A DNA stretch of 49,905 bases from an uncultured bacterium (GTDB lineage Bacteria > Cyanobacteriota > Cyanobacteriia > Cyanobacteriales > JAABRE01), in assembly GCA_964413275.1 (NCBI GenBank), contig CAYPSO010000011.1, forward strand, positions 10,390 through 60,294, read 5' to 3'. A program made the position numbers and the translations under genes. Position 1 is the first letter of the stretch. Each line of letters starts with the position of its first letter. Shown piece by piece: positions 28,992 through 39,940 of the stretch. The notes under the pieces are model-generated. The model saw only the letters and a list, made by a program, of their open reading frames with translations, did no database searches and was not told the DNA's origin.

Positions 28992-29669
28992 TTATTTTAG
29001 GTTAGCTATTGTTGCTAAAGACTGATGAGGGCGTTTTACCAAAAAGGGCTGAATACCTACAGATAATGCTCCCTCGTAATCCTCTAAATAGCTATCTCCA
29101 ATATGCCACGTTTCTTGTGATGAGCAATCATATTGTCTTAATGCCTTAACAAAAATTTTGCTATCCGGTTTAGCTACTCCAGTAACAGAAGAAATTGTTA
29201 TGCTACTAAAGAATTTATCTAAATCTAAGGATTTGAGCACTTGATATATACGACTGTCAAAATTAGAAATAATTGCTAATTTTATCTTTTGTTTCTGCCA
29301 ATATTCAAGGGTAGGAATAACATCATCATAAATATACCAAGGTTTATCCGTGGCAAAATACTGATAAAGTTTTTGAAAAAAACCATTAAAGTTAGAGAAT
29401 TTCTCTAATACTCCTGCTTGATTAAAGGTATTTTCGCTGATTTTTCGCCACCAATTATACTCTGCTTCGGGAATTTCACTTTCTGGAATTTCAGGAAATG
29501 CAAGAGGAGGAGATGTTTTAAAACTATGATAAAATGCTGTTTCCAAAGCTTCTGGTGTGACTGTAACGTCAAAATTAGCAGCAATGGCACTATAAATCTC
29601 TCCTACACTGCCACGCACTCCAAATAAAGTCCCAACAGCATCTAAAAAAATTACTTTTGGTTGAGTCAT
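28992..29669 (-). CDS. HAD-IA family hydrolase
   Basis: FLDAVGTL, ISNFD, KPD..IF, HIGDS..EDY.GA. Confidence 0.9.
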   Translation of the reverse strand: MTQPKVIFLDAVGTLFGVRGSVGEIYSAIAANFDVTVTPEALETAFYHSFKTSPPLAFPEIPESEIPEAEYNWWRKISENTFNQAGVLEKFSNFNGFFQKLYQYFATDKPWYIYDDVIPTLEYWQKQKIKLAIISNFDSRIYQVLKSLDLDKFFSSITISSVTGVAKPDSKIFVKALRQYDCSSQETWHIGDSYLEDYEGALSVGIQPFLVKRPHQSLATIANLK

Positions 29670-29672
29670 TTA

Positions 29673-30845
29673 TTATTGATTAATTATCCAATTTAGAGCG
29701 ACTTTTAATTTATGTTCCCAAGTGGGCAGACGATATAAATAAACCAGTCTGCGTGCGAGATAACCCGGTAAGCCATCAACTTGTAAACCTAAACCGCTTA
29801 GAGTAGCATTATCTTTACCTAAAGCCATCATTTCCCCTAAACCTTGATATTTAAAGTCTAATAAAGGTCGATGATTTAAACTAGCCCAAATATTCCAAGC
29901 ACAATAATCGGCTTGTTGAATAGCCGTTTGAGCAGTGGGAGGTAATAATTTTCCTTCTTCATCTTTACATTCGGCTACATCTGCGATCGCATAAATATTA
30001 TCATGTTCTAATACTTGTAATTTTTGGTTAATTTTGAGCATACCTTTGGGATTTGTGGGTAAAGGTAAGGATGTAATTAATTCAGAAATTTTATTACCAA
30101 TGGTTATTAAAACTAAATCCACTGGAATAATATCTTCTTCTCCCTTATAAACTAAGGAAATAGTATCGCAATCTATTTTATTTACTTCTGTTTCTAAATC
30201 TAGCCAAACCTTACGCATTTCTAAAGCTTTTATTGCTGTTTCTTGATTAAATTTAGGAGAATTAGTTAAAATATTTGTTCCTCTTTGAACAATTCTAATT
30301 CTGCCTTTATCTTTGAGTCTGTCTGCTAGTTTACAGGCTAATTCTACGCCACTATAACCACCACCAATAATAGCTACTCTAATTTTCTCTTGCCCCGAAT
30401 TTTCTAAATTACGAAGTTTTTCCCTAAGTTTAAAAGCGTCATCAAGAGTACGAAAAGCTATAGCATATTCTTGAGCTCCTGGAATAATATTGGTCGGAGT
30501 TTTACTGCCGGTGGAAATGACTAATTTATCGTAGTTAAGAGGAGCATGATTTTCTAATTGAATTTCATTTTGGTTAACATCAATTCCTGTAACTTTTTTC
30601 TGTAAAAATTGCACTTGGGTATTAGCTAAAAGTTCGGAAAAAGGAGGAGCAATTTCCCAACTTTGCATTTCATTAGTAACTAATTCATATAATAAAGGAG
30701 AAAATAAAAAGCGATCGCCTTTATCGATTAAAATAATTTCTGTCTTTGTTTCGGTTTGCCAAGGTAACTCATTTAAACGGAGGGCAGTATATAAGCCACC
30801 AAAACCTCCGCCAAGAATACAAATTCGTTTAGTTGTGTTACTCAT
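29673..30845 (-). CDS. ndbB: Type II NAD(P)H dehydrogenase, NdbB/NDC1-like (demethylphylloquinone reductase)
   Basis: ICILGGGFGGLYTALRL, LYELVT.EMQ.WEIAP, GGGYSGVELA, TAQ.A.QQA. Confidence 0.8.
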   Translation of the reverse strand: MSNTTKRICILGGGFGGLYTALRLNELPWQTETKTEIILIDKGDRFLFSPLLYELVTNEMQSWEIAPPFSELLANTQVQFLQKKVTGIDVNQNEIQLENHAPLNYDKLVISTGSKTPTNIIPGAQEYAIAFRTLDDAFKLREKLRNLENSGQEKIRVAIIGGGYSGVELACKLADRLKDKGRIRIVQRGTNILTNSPKFNQETAIKALEMRKVWLDLETEVNKIDCDTISLVYKGEEDIIPVDLVLITIGNKISELITSLPLPTNPKGMLKINQKLQVLEHDNIYAIADVAECKDEEGKLLPPTAQTAIQQADYCAWNIWASLNHRPLLDFKYQGLGEMMALGKDNATLSGLGLQVDGLPGYLARRLVYLYRLPTWEHKLKVALNWIINQ

Positions 30846-30902
30846 AAGAAATTTTCGTTCTACATAATATACTTTTTAAAGATAACAATTATAGGAAAGC
30901 AT

Positions 30903-31850
30903 ATGCGAGAATTGTATCCACCAATTGAACCCTACAATGACGGTTATTTACAAGTTTCTGATATTCACACAATTTATTTTGAAGAATCAGGAAATCGAGA
31001 AGGAAAACCAGTAATCTTTTTGCATGGTGGGCCTGGTGGTGGTATAACTCCCATGTATCGGCAATATTTCGATCCTCAAAAATGGCGTATTGTGATTTTT
31101 GACCAACGAGGATGCGGCAAAAGCAAACCCTACGCAGAATTAAGAGAAAATACAACTTGGCATTTAGTAAATGATATTGAGAAATTACGGCAATATTTAA
31201 AAATTGATAAATGGGTCGTTTTTGGAGGTAGTTGGGGAAGTACCTTATCTTTAGCTTACAGTCAAACTCACCCTCAAAGCTGTAAAGGCTTAATTCTACG
31301 GGGTATTTTTATGTTAAGACAGAAGGAATTGCAATGGTTTTATCAACAAGGAACAAGTTATATTTATCCTGATGCTTGGGAAAAGTACCTGCAACCCATC
31401 CCTAAAGATGAACGTGATGACCTGATTTCTGCCTATTACAGGCGTTTAACCAGCGAAAATGACGAAATTAGACTAGAAGCAGCTAAAGCTTGGTCTGTGT
31501 GGGAAGGAAGCACAAGTAAGTTATTACCTTCAGAAGAAACCAGTAAAAGATTTGGAGAGGATGAATTTGCTGAAGCCTTTGCTAGAATTGAGTGTCATTA
31601 TTTTGTTAATAAAGGATTTTTTCAATCAGAAAATCAATTAATTAATAATGTCAATAAAATTCGTCATTTACCCGCAGTAATTGTACAGGGTAGATATGAC
31701 GTGGTTTGTCCGATGATTACTGCTTGGGAATTACATCAAGTTTGGCCGCAAGCGGAGTTTATTGTGGTGCCGGATGCTGGACATTCTATGACTGAGCCGG
31801 GGATTAAAAGTAGTTTGTTGGAAGCAACGGATAAATTTAGTAATTTATGA
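30903..31850 (+). CDS. pip: Prolyl aminopeptidase
   Basis: LHGGPG, DQRGCG.S.P, FGGSWGS, GRYDVVCP, AGHS. Confidence 0.95.
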   Translation: MRELYPPIEPYNDGYLQVSDIHTIYFEESGNREGKPVIFLHGGPGGGITPMYRQYFDPQKWRIVIFDQRGCGKSKPYAELRENTTWHLVNDIEKLRQYLKIDKWVVFGGSWGSTLSLAYSQTHPQSCKGLILRGIFMLRQKELQWFYQQGTSYIYPDAWEKYLQPIPKDERDDLISAYYRRLTSENDEIRLEAAKAWSVWEGSTSKLLPSEETSKRFGEDEFAEAFARIECHYFVNKGFFQSENQLINNVNKIRHLPAVIVQGRYDVVCPMITAWELHQVWPQAEFIVVPDAGHSMTEPGIKSSLLEATDKFSNL

Positions 31851-31864
31851 CTTGGTAAAATATT

Positions 31865-31892
31865 GTAGGGGTTGAATATTATTCAACCCCTA
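31865..31892. repeat. GTAG-type REP-like palindrome or terminator
   Basis: TAGGGGTTGAATA-T-TATTCAACCCCTA, perfect inverted repeat just after pip. Confidence 0.7.
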
Positions 31893-32112
31893 TACTAACC
31901 CTTAACGATGCAACAACAGTATATGATTAGATAAAGTCAGTTGCATCTATACTAACGGTACTTAAATATATTCTTTACTTATTACTAAGTATATAAATAA
32001 TAACTTTTGCTAATAAACAAGCAGAATTTAGTGTCATTCCCTCAAACCTCCTCAAAAAGTTAAAATTATGGGAAGCTTTAACATTAGATTATATTTTTAA
32101 GGATAAATAGTA

Positions 32113-33078
32113 ATGCTCAGGAAAATCTGGCGATGGCTAAAACAATTATTTAAGGGATTTTTTCCTTCAAGCAAACATAAACTCAAAACTCAACAACAAG
32201 TTCCTTTAAGCGATATAGACTACGAATTTTTATTTAATCAACTGTTAGTCGGAGTAGGTAATGGTTGGCATGAAGGCAGAATAGTCAAATTTTTTGACCA
32301 ATTAGAAGATCGCAGTAGGCAAAAAGATTGGCTAGAATGGCTAGATCGTTTTGGTACTAAAGCGATGAATAGTGCTGCTAATAATCAAAAATTAGGAGCA
32401 ATAATGATGCAATTAGGGGAAAAAGTCGAGTCTATTCCTTCACTAAGAAAATTAGGCGAAAAATCATATCGCCTTGGTAGAGCAATTTTAACTCAACAAA
32501 TGCCCTCAGAAATTTGGGAATATTATGGTACTGACGCTACTCTAGCCCAAACTGAGATTAATGCCTTCTTAGAGACAAAAGATTCTCTCACAGAGCCTAC
32601 TCTTGAATTAGAAATTCAAGAAGTAAATCCTGAAGATGCAGGAGAATGGTTTAATTTAGGCTTACAACAAGCAGATGCAGGCAAAATGGAAGAAGCCATT
32701 GCTTCTTGGGATCGAGTTTTAGCCCTAAAACCAGAATTAGATGCTGTCTGGCACAATCGAGGGGCTGGTTTAGCTCAATTAGGAAAATTTGAGGAAGCAA
32801 TAGCTAGTTTTGATAAAGCCCTAGAATTACAACCAAATTCTCCACAATCTTGGCACGATAAAGGTTTAGCTCTATATCAACTCAAAAGATGGGAACAGGC
32901 GATTGATAGTTGGGATAAACTATTGGAATTTAGTCCTGATGACTATCAAACTTGGTATAACCGAGGTTGTGTCCTAGAAACTATAGGAAAAAAAGAAGAA
33001 GCACTAATCAGTTATCAAAAAGCATTAGAAATTAAACCAGATTTTGAACCAGCCCAGATCAGAAGTAAAAAAATATAG
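32113..33078 (+). CDS. Tetratricopeptide repeat protein
   Basis: About four TPR units (W.NRG..L..LG..EEAI.S.DKAL). Confidence 0.9.
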   Translation: MLRKIWRWLKQLFKGFFPSSKHKLKTQQQVPLSDIDYEFLFNQLLVGVGNGWHEGRIVKFFDQLEDRSRQKDWLEWLDRFGTKAMNSAANNQKLGAIMMQLGEKVESIPSLRKLGEKSYRLGRAILTQQMPSEIWEYYGTDATLAQTEINAFLETKDSLTEPTLELEIQEVNPEDAGEWFNLGLQQADAGKMEEAIASWDRVLALKPELDAVWHNRGAGLAQLGKFEEAIASFDKALELQPNSPQSWHDKGLALYQLKRWEQAIDSWDKLLEFSPDDYQTWYNRGCVLETIGKKEEALISYQKALEIKPDFEPAQIRSKKI

Positions 33079-33217
33079 TATATAACTAAAAGTGAGAGAT
33101 ATTGGCGAAAAACTAAGAAACTAGCTAGGATTAAAGTAGCAAGTTTATCAGTTTTTTTAATTGCTTAAACTGTAGCTTATTAAACATAAACAAAAGACAA
33201 CCCATAACCCTTGAAAA

Positions 33218-33496
33218 ATGATGATAGAACCCTCTATTAACTCGATGGAAGAACTTCATTTACCTAGAGAAGTCAGAGTTGCTCAATTAGAAAACACGAT
33301 TAAAACTTTGAGGATTGCCGAAGAAATAGCCACCAGAGGCTACCTAATCAGTAGTTCGGAATTAGCTGATCTGATGGATATTAACGCAAGTGCCGTCACC
33401 AGTCGTGGTGATAATTGGTCATGGCGTAATTGGGTAGTTTCTAGGGTAAGACGAGAAGGTAATCAAATTCTCTGGCAACTCGAAAAGGTTGACTAA
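33218..33496 (+). CDS. Conserved cyanobacterial hypothetical protein
   Basis: GYLISSSELADLMD.NASAVTSRG..W.WRNW.VSRVRREGNQILWQ. Confidence 0.8.
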   Translation: MMIEPSINSMEELHLPREVRVAQLENTIKTLRIAEEIATRGYLISSSELADLMDINASAVTSRGDNWSWRNWVVSRVRREGNQILWQLEKVD

Positions 33497-33661
33497 CCTA
33501 GCGTTGTATCTTTAGGGGATGATGCTTAACTCTTGTCTTACAATTTATGTAAACAAAATTAGGCAAAAAATCGTCATCCCACATTTAGACAACGCTTTTT
33601 TTTTGGGTAATCTAAAAATATTGTAAAGTAAAATTATGATTTGGATATTGGAGAAACAACT

Positions 33662-35329
33662 ATGGGTAAAGGTAACTTAGTGCAATTGTCATTATTGTTG
33701 GGAATTTTGTTAATCGCAAATAATTTAGTTGATGATGTGGTGCAAGCACAAACGTCTCCAAGTGCTACAAATCCAAATCAGAGGCAGAGCGAACAAAATA
33801 CTCTCATCTATATTAATCCCGAAACTGGTAACGATCGCAAAGGAGATGGTAGCAATAACTCTCCCTATAAAACCATTACCCAAGCCTTAATGTTAGCTAA
33901 ATCTGGAACGACTATTCGTTTAGCTCCCGGAACTTATAGTCAGGAAACTGGTGAAACTTTTCCTTTAATTTTTAAAAATAATATTACCTTGGAAGGCGAT
34001 CCTAAAACTAAAGGTAAAAATACTATTATTAAAGGTAATGGTAATTTTATTAGCCCTACTTCCGCAGGCCAGCACGTTACTATCGTAACCACAGGAAAAG
34101 CCAATACTATTACAGGAATAACCGTTATTAATCCCCATAATCAAGGATACGGACTTTGGATTGAGTCAGCTAATCCCAAAATTATCAACAACGGTTTTAT
34201 TAATTCTGGCAATGGTGGAGTTTCCGTTAATGGAGATAGTCAACCCGTTATTGAAGATAATTATTTTAATAATATTCTTGGTAACGGTTTAGTAGTATAT
34301 GGAGATTCAAAGCCTCAAGTTAAAAATAATGAATTTCGTAAAACTGGTTTTGGTATCAGTATTCTTCAAAATTCTCACCCAATTTTAACCGGAAATCGTA
34401 TTAGTGAAAATCGTATCGGTGTAATCTTACAAAATAATTCTCAGGCAACTTTCCGCAACAACCTGATTGAATTTTCAGAAGAAGATGGAGTTGTTGCTGT
34501 GAGTAATTCTCGTCCAGATTTAGGTACAAGTGACGAACCCGGTAATAATATTTTTGCCAGCAATCAAGGGGTAGATGTTCGTAATCTTTCTCAACAACAA
34601 ACTATTCCCGCTTTCGGTAATGAAATCAGTTCCAATACCGTCGGTAAAATTGATTTAGCTGGTAATGGAGAGCGTATTGAACCCATAGCCACTGCTCCTA
34701 TTAAATCAATCACAGTATCAAATTCTGATTCTAACAATAACTCTACTGCTATCAATCGTCCTTTACCACCCCTAAAACCTACTCCTATTTCTCCCCAACA
34801 GGAAAAAGACACTCCACCTAGCTCCATCGCCAGTAGTTCTTCTACTTTACCTCCTCCTCCTCCGGTTCAAAATACGGAATCTAATGTTACACCAATGATA
34901 TCTGTAGCTATTCCAGTGACAGTAAATTCTTCTATTACCCCCTTAAATATCCCCTCAAATACCCCATCAAATACAAATACACCAACTTATAAGCCTACCA
35001 CTTATGACCCTAACCGCAGAAATTTAGAACAATTACTCACACTTAATCCTAATTCAACCTCTGGAAAAAGTCCTTATACAACTTTTAGAACTTACTCAGG
35101 GGCTAATTCTTCAGGAGAGCAAAAGTCTCAAAACGTTTATAAGGTTGTGGTAGATACCCTAAATGATACACAAAAAAAAGATATTGCTAAACTTTATCCC
35201 GGAGCTTTTATAACCTCATATAACGGACAAAAGATGTGGCAAATTGGCATATATAATGACCAATATAATGCCGAGCAAGTATTAGAAAATCTCAATAAAA
35301 TTGGTATAAGTGGTTTAATTATTAGATGA
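33662..35329 (+). CDS. DUF1565 beta-helix secreted protein with Pro/Ser/Thr linker and SPOR-like C-terminus
   Basis: YINP.TG.D...G....PYKTITQAL, LAPGTYS..TGE.FPL; parallel beta-helix repeats; QIGIY....NA. Confidence 0.8.
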   Translation: MGKGNLVQLSLLLGILLIANNLVDDVVQAQTSPSATNPNQRQSEQNTLIYINPETGNDRKGDGSNNSPYKTITQALMLAKSGTTIRLAPGTYSQETGETFPLIFKNNITLEGDPKTKGKNTIIKGNGNFISPTSAGQHVTIVTTGKANTITGITVINPHNQGYGLWIESANPKIINNGFINSGNGGVSVNGDSQPVIEDNYFNNILGNGLVVYGDSKPQVKNNEFRKTGFGISILQNSHPILTGNRISENRIGVILQNNSQATFRNNLIEFSEEDGVVAVSNSRPDLGTSDEPGNNIFASNQGVDVRNLSQQQTIPAFGNEISSNTVGKIDLAGNGERIEPIATAPIKSITVSNSDSNNNSTAINRPLPPLKPTPISPQQEKDTPPSSIASSSSTLPPPPPVQNTESNVTPMISVAIPVTVNSSITPLNIPSNTPSNTNTPTYKPTTYDPNRRNLEQLLTLNPNSTSGKSPYTTFRTYSGANSSGEQKSQNVYKVVVDTLNDTQKKDIAKLYPGAFITSYNGQKMWQIGIYNDQYNAEQVLENLNKIGISGLIIR

Positions 35330-35850
35330 TCAAAGGGGTTAGTGGTTGACTAATGAGGTCAAGTTCAGATAATTACTGATAATAAAAATTAAGCCTACTC
35401 TATGTTTATCAAAAAACCATAAATCTTTTTCTGCTCCTAGATATTTTTCTTCTAATTTTTTGACTTTAGAAGGTAGATTTTTGATGTATTTTTTTTGTTT
35501 TACTAGATTTCCTTTTCTATGTTTCGGTTTGGGGCTCTGACAAAAGAATCTGAGCTTTTTTAGGCATTCACTTTATCCAGTTAATTTTTCCTTTATTATA
35601 AGTCGGTTTTGGTAACCGGATTTAGTATTAGCACAAGATTTTGATTTTGATACGTGCTAATAGCACTTTGTACGCCCCGTGAAAATTCATCCCCTATTCC
35701 GCTTGCGCTGAGAATAGAGACGAATTTTGACTCTTGCGTTAAATTTTAGCTAAAGTCGGTTTAACTGTGTCAATGTCTGATAAATTTACTCACTATAAGA
35801 CGAAAAAATTAATAATTAATCCCAATTAACAACTAGAATCACTGAAACTT

Positions 35851-36981
35851 ATGCGCATTGCTTTATTTACAGAAACATTTTTACCTAAAGTTGATGGAAT
35901 TGTTACTCGCTTGCGTCACACCGTTGAACATTTACAACTGTTAGGCGATCGAGTGTTAGTTATTTGTCCTGATGGTGGATTAACCGAGTATAAGGGAGCT
36001 AGAGTTTATGGTGTTTCTGGTGTCCCTCTTCCTATGTATCCAGAATTAAAAATGGCTTTTCCTCGACCTTCAATTGGCCATGTTTTGGAAGAATTTAAAC
36101 CTGATTTAGTTCATGTGGTAAATCCAGCTATTTTGGGATTGGGCGGGATCTATTTTGCGAAAGCTCTTAATATTCCCTTAGTTGCTTCTTATCACACCCA
36201 TTTACCTCAATATCTACAGCACTATGGTTTGGGTGCGTTAGAAGGTTTTTTGTGGGAATTACTTAAAGCTGCCCATAATCAAGCGAATCTGAATCTGTGT
36301 ACTTCTACCGCAATGGTCAAAGAGTTAGTTAATCATGGTATAGAAAGGGTTGATTTATGGCAGCGTGGCGTTGATACTGAGATGTTTCAACCTCATTTAG
36401 CCTCTCAAGCAATGCGAGTTCGTCTTTCCCAAGGAAATCCAGATCAACCTCTATTTTTATACGTAGGGCGAGTATCTGCGGAAAAACAGATTGATGAGAT
36501 TAAAAATGTTTTAGAATCTATTCCAGAGTCTCGGTTAGCAATTGTTGGTGATGGCCCTGCTAAAGATGATTTAGAAACTCATTTTGTAGGTAGTTATACT
36601 AATTTTGTCGGATATTTGCACGGTTTAGAACTTGCTTCTGCCTACGCTTCGGCTGACGCTTTTATTTTCCCTTCTCGTACTGAAACTTTAGGTTTAGTAT
36701 TATTGGAAGCTATGGCGGCGGGTTGCCCTGTGGTTGCGGCGGCTTCGGGTGGTATTATTGATATTGTTAGTGATGGGGTTAATGGTTATTTATTCGATCC
36801 TGCTGAGCCCCAAGGTTTAGTAACAGCAACAAAAAGACTTTTAGAAGCTAAATCAGAACGAGAAATTCTTCGTACAAATGCTCGACAGGAAGCAGAAAAA
36901 TGGAGTTGGGCGGCGGCTACTCGTCAATTACAAAATTATTATCAAGAAGTTGTTTATTCATCTTTTTCTGCTGCCGCTTAA
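35851..36981 (+). CDS. sqdX: Sulfoquinovosyldiacylglycerol synthase (GT4)
   Basis: MRIALFTETFLPKVDGIVTRL, ASYHTHLP.YL.HYG, PSRTETLGLVLLEAMA. Confidence 0.88.
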   Translation: MRIALFTETFLPKVDGIVTRLRHTVEHLQLLGDRVLVICPDGGLTEYKGARVYGVSGVPLPMYPELKMAFPRPSIGHVLEEFKPDLVHVVNPAILGLGGIYFAKALNIPLVASYHTHLPQYLQHYGLGALEGFLWELLKAAHNQANLNLCTSTAMVKELVNHGIERVDLWQRGVDTEMFQPHLASQAMRVRLSQGNPDQPLFLYVGRVSAEKQIDEIKNVLESIPESRLAIVGDGPAKDDLETHFVGSYTNFVGYLHGLELASAYASADAFIFPSRTETLGLVLLEAMAAGCPVVAAASGGIIDIVSDGVNGYLFDPAEPQGLVTATKRLLEAKSEREILRTNARQEAEKWSWAAATRQLQNYYQEVVYSSFSAAA

Positions 36982-37048
36982 AATAGTAAATAGTGAATAA
37001 ATTGTTATTAACTATTAATTATTAATGATATATGGGGTGTAATTAATT

Positions 37049-37609
37049 ATGGTAGTTGCAACAGAAAAAATAAGTTTAGAACAGTTTTTAACTTTACCAG
37101 AAACAAAGCCAGCAAGGGAATATATTAATGGAGAAATTTATCAAAAGCCTATGCCCCAAGGAAAACATAGTCGTTTACAAACTCGTTTATCTACTAGTAT
37201 TAATCAAGTAGGAGAATCGGAAAAATTACTTTTAGCCTTTACTGAGTTAAGGTGTACTTTTGCTAATCGTTCTATTGTTCCTGATATTAGTGTTTTTGAA
37301 TGGTCAAATATTCCTTTAGATGATAACGGAGAGGTAGTTAATCGCTTTAAAATACCGCCAGATTGGATTATTGAAATATTATCACCAGAACAATCTCCTA
37401 ATAGTGTTATTAATAAAATAATTTTTTGTTTAAATCATGGCACAAAGTTAGGCTGGTTTATTGATACTGATGATAAATCAGTCATGATTTTTCAACCAGA
37501 TAAATTACCTGAAGTCAAATATAATGATGACATTTTAACTGTCTTAGAAAAATTAAAACATTGGCAAATTTCTGTTAATAATTTATTTGATTGGCTCAAA
37601 TTAGGATAA
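37049..37609 (+). CDS. Uma2-family endonuclease-like protein
   Basis: LEQFL.LPETKPA.EYI.G.I.QKPMPQGKHS, PDW.IEILSP. Confidence 0.92.
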   Translation: MVVATEKISLEQFLTLPETKPAREYINGEIYQKPMPQGKHSRLQTRLSTSINQVGESEKLLLAFTELRCTFANRSIVPDISVFEWSNIPLDDNGEVVNRFKIPPDWIIEILSPEQSPNSVINKIIFCLNHGTKLGWFIDTDDKSVMIFQPDKLPEVKYNDDILTVLEKLKHWQISVNNLFDWLKLG

Positions 37610-37649
37610 AATAGATAATTGATAGCAAGAATAGAATTAGGATTTATTT

Positions 37650-37934
37650 ATGAGTTTAGAAAAAACTACTGGTGCTGAGGCCGTTGATAAGGCGATCGCC
37701 CAAGGAATTGATTTGGATGGCAGCCCCATTGACCCCACCAAACTAGAATTATATAACAGAGTAATGGGCTTAGAATCCAATAGACAACGTAGTGGAGTAA
37801 CTAATACAATGCGTTCTCGTATAGTGCGTATTGGGGCGAAACATATCCCTCAAAATGATTTGAATCAAATGTTAAATGAGGCTGGTTTTACTCCTTTAAA
37901 AGACAAAGAAATTGCTTTCTATTATAATAAGTAA
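37650..37934 (+). CDS. DUF4090 / Ssr1528-family protein
   Basis: GA.AVD.AIA.GIDLDGSPI...KL.LY..VM.LE..RQRSGV.N.MRSRIVR.GAKH. Confidence 0.8.
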   Translation: MSLEKTTGAEAVDKAIAQGIDLDGSPIDPTKLELYNRVMGLESNRQRSGVTNTMRSRIVRIGAKHIPQNDLNQMLNEAGFTPLKDKEIAFYYNK

Positions 37935-37968
37935 AACCTAATTTGTAGGAAGACAAAACTTATTCTTT

Positions 37969-39084
37969 TTAATTCCTAATTGAAATTAAATTATCTCGAT
38001 GAATAACGGTTTCTGCACCTAAGTAACCTAGTATGGTGGGAATTTTGTCGGAATGTTTGCCCTGAACTTGTCTAATTTCATTACTACTATAATTAACTAT
38101 TCCTCTAGCAATTTCTTCTCCTTCCCCGTTACATAAATATACAGCTTCCGATGCCGCAAATTCTCCCTCTACTTTAATTATGCCCGCAGCTAATAAGGAT
38201 TTACCTTTTTGGGAAATCGCTTTAATTGCTCCTTCATCTAAATATAATTTGCCGACAGGAACTAAACCATTCGCAATCCAGCGTTTACGAGCATTATGGG
38301 TTTTTTCCTGTGGTTCAAATTGAGTGCCGATGGCCTCTCCTTGTATAATTTTTAGAATATTCTGGGGTTTTTTCCCCTGAGTGATCACTGTTCTTATCCC
38401 CGCACCTGTAGCAATTCTAGCAGCCGTAATTTTGGTAACCATGCCCCCTGTACCCCACCCTGAAACGCTACTACCCGCATTTACCTGTAATTGGTCGAAT
38501 TGTTGAGAATTAACTAGGTTTATGGGTTCAGCATCGGGAAAAACCCTTGGATCTGCTGAATATAAGCGATCTACATCGGTAAGTAAAAATAACCAGTCTG
38601 CTTCGATTAAACTAGCTACTAAAGCCGAAAGGGTGTCATTATCGCCAAATTTTAATTCTTCTGTGGCAACGGTATCGTTTTCGTTGACTATGGGAATTAC
38701 TTCTAGTTCTAGTAAGGCCTTAAAGGTATTATAGGCATTAACATAGGAACTACGCTCCATTAAATCTCTTCTTGTTAATAATACCTGTGCGATGGCCGTA
38801 TCTAAACTACTGAATAAATCGTCATAAATACGCATTAAACGACCTTGACCTACTGCCGCTACTGCTTGCTTAATCGCCATTTTTTTGGGTCTTTCTTTTA
38901 AGTTTAACCTGCCACAGCCTACACCTACTGCTCCTGATGAAACCATGACTACTCGATGACCAGTTTTTTTAAGTTGAATTAAACTTTCTACTAACGAAGC
39001 TATAGTCGAAAGAGCTAATTGACCTGTTTCTGGTTTAGTTAAACTTGATGTCCCAATCTTTACAACTATGGTCTGAGTCTTCAT
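37969..39084 (-). CDS. proB: Glutamate 5-kinase
   Basis: [41 protein letters not shown] domain. Confidence 0.97.
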   Translation of the reverse strand: MKTQTIVVKIGTSSLTKPETGQLALSTIASLVESLIQLKKTGHRVVMVSSGAVGVGCGRLNLKERPKKMAIKQAVAAVGQGRLMRIYDDLFSSLDTAIAQVLLTRRDLMERSSYVNAYNTFKALLELEVIPIVNENDTVATEELKFGDNDTLSALVASLIEADWLFLLTDVDRLYSADPRVFPDAEPINLVNSQQFDQLQVNAGSSVSGWGTGGMVTKITAARIATGAGIRTVITQGKKPQNILKIIQGEAIGTQFEPQEKTHNARKRWIANGLVPVGKLYLDEGAIKAISQKGKSLLAAGIIKVEGEFAASEAVYLCNGEGEEIARGIVNYSSNEIRQVQGKHSDKIPTILGYLGAETVIHRDNLISIRN

Positions 39085-39382
39085 ATTACTTGATAAATCT
39101 TTACCTTCTGCAGTTGACAAAACCCATTATTTATGTATCGACCATAAACTGGTCTTCAAGTCTAGTTTGTGGTTAAATTCTTTGATTGTTGCGATGGCTA
39201 TATATTTTTAGGCGTTAAATATATGAGAAGACGCTAAAACCGATTCGTGAATGGGTTTAGCGTCTCTACGTTTATGTCTTTTAGTATTTTTAAGGTCTTT
39301 ATATAAGCTGACCTCATTTAAACTATATATATAATCGCAGATATTTTTGACTAACCCAGTTTTTTTAATTATTTCTTTATAT

Positions 39383-39940
39383 TTAGAATTTTTGTGATTT
39401 GTCATGTTTTGTAAAGTTTTGTTGTGTAGTCTTGAGAGGCACACCCAATAATTGGGTTAACCAGACTTCAAAATTACGAATGGGGTATGAGCGGATTGCC
39501 GTCGCAGAATGAACCATAGGTTCAACTAGAATAGTAAACATTCCCAGTCTATTGCCTGCCAAAACATCAGTAAAAAGCCTATCCCCTACCATAGCCACTT
39601 GTTCAACAGGTAGATTCATCGCAGCAATAGCTTGTCTTAATTTACGACGTGAAGGTTTACCAGCACCTAAAAGATAGGGTAAATCTAAAGACTCGGCAAT
39701 ATTGCCAATACGAGTATGACTAAGATTATTACTTACTAACCAGATAGAAGAAACTTGACGAATTTCTCTTACCCATTCCCTTAATTTAGGAGAGGCTTCT
39801 TTTTCTGTAATAGAAACTAGAGTATCGTCAACATCAAGTATTAAACCCTTCAGGTTATGACGACGTAAAATTGCTGGAGATAAATGAATAATAGTCTTTC
39901 CTAAAATCAAGTCCGGTTGTAAAAGTGCTCTTTTAGACAT
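39383..39940 (-). CDS. YqeG-family HAD IIIA phosphatase
   Basis: LDVDDTL, VSNN, MVGDRLFTDVLAGNRLG. Confidence 0.92.
   Translation of the reverse strand: MSKRALLQPDLILGKTIIHLSPAILRRHNLKGLILDVDDTLVSITEKEASPKLREWVREIRQVSSIWLVSNNLSHTRIGNIAESLDLPYLLGAGKPSRRKLRQAIAAMNLPVEQVAMVGDRLFTDVLAGNRLGMFTILVEPMVHSATAIRSYPIRNFEVWLTQLLGVPLKTTQQNFTKHDKSQKF

Noticed and set aside
35628-35660. TTAGCAC...GTGCTAA resembling a CIRCE element
   Set aside because: Spacer is 19 nt rather than the 13 nt of TTAGCAC-TC-N9-GA-GTGCTAA, and no chaperone gene follows.
39208-39444. 78-aa ORF overlapping the end of the yqeG-like gene
   Set aside because: Out-of-frame overlap, no motif, and it runs through hairpins better explained as RNA structure.
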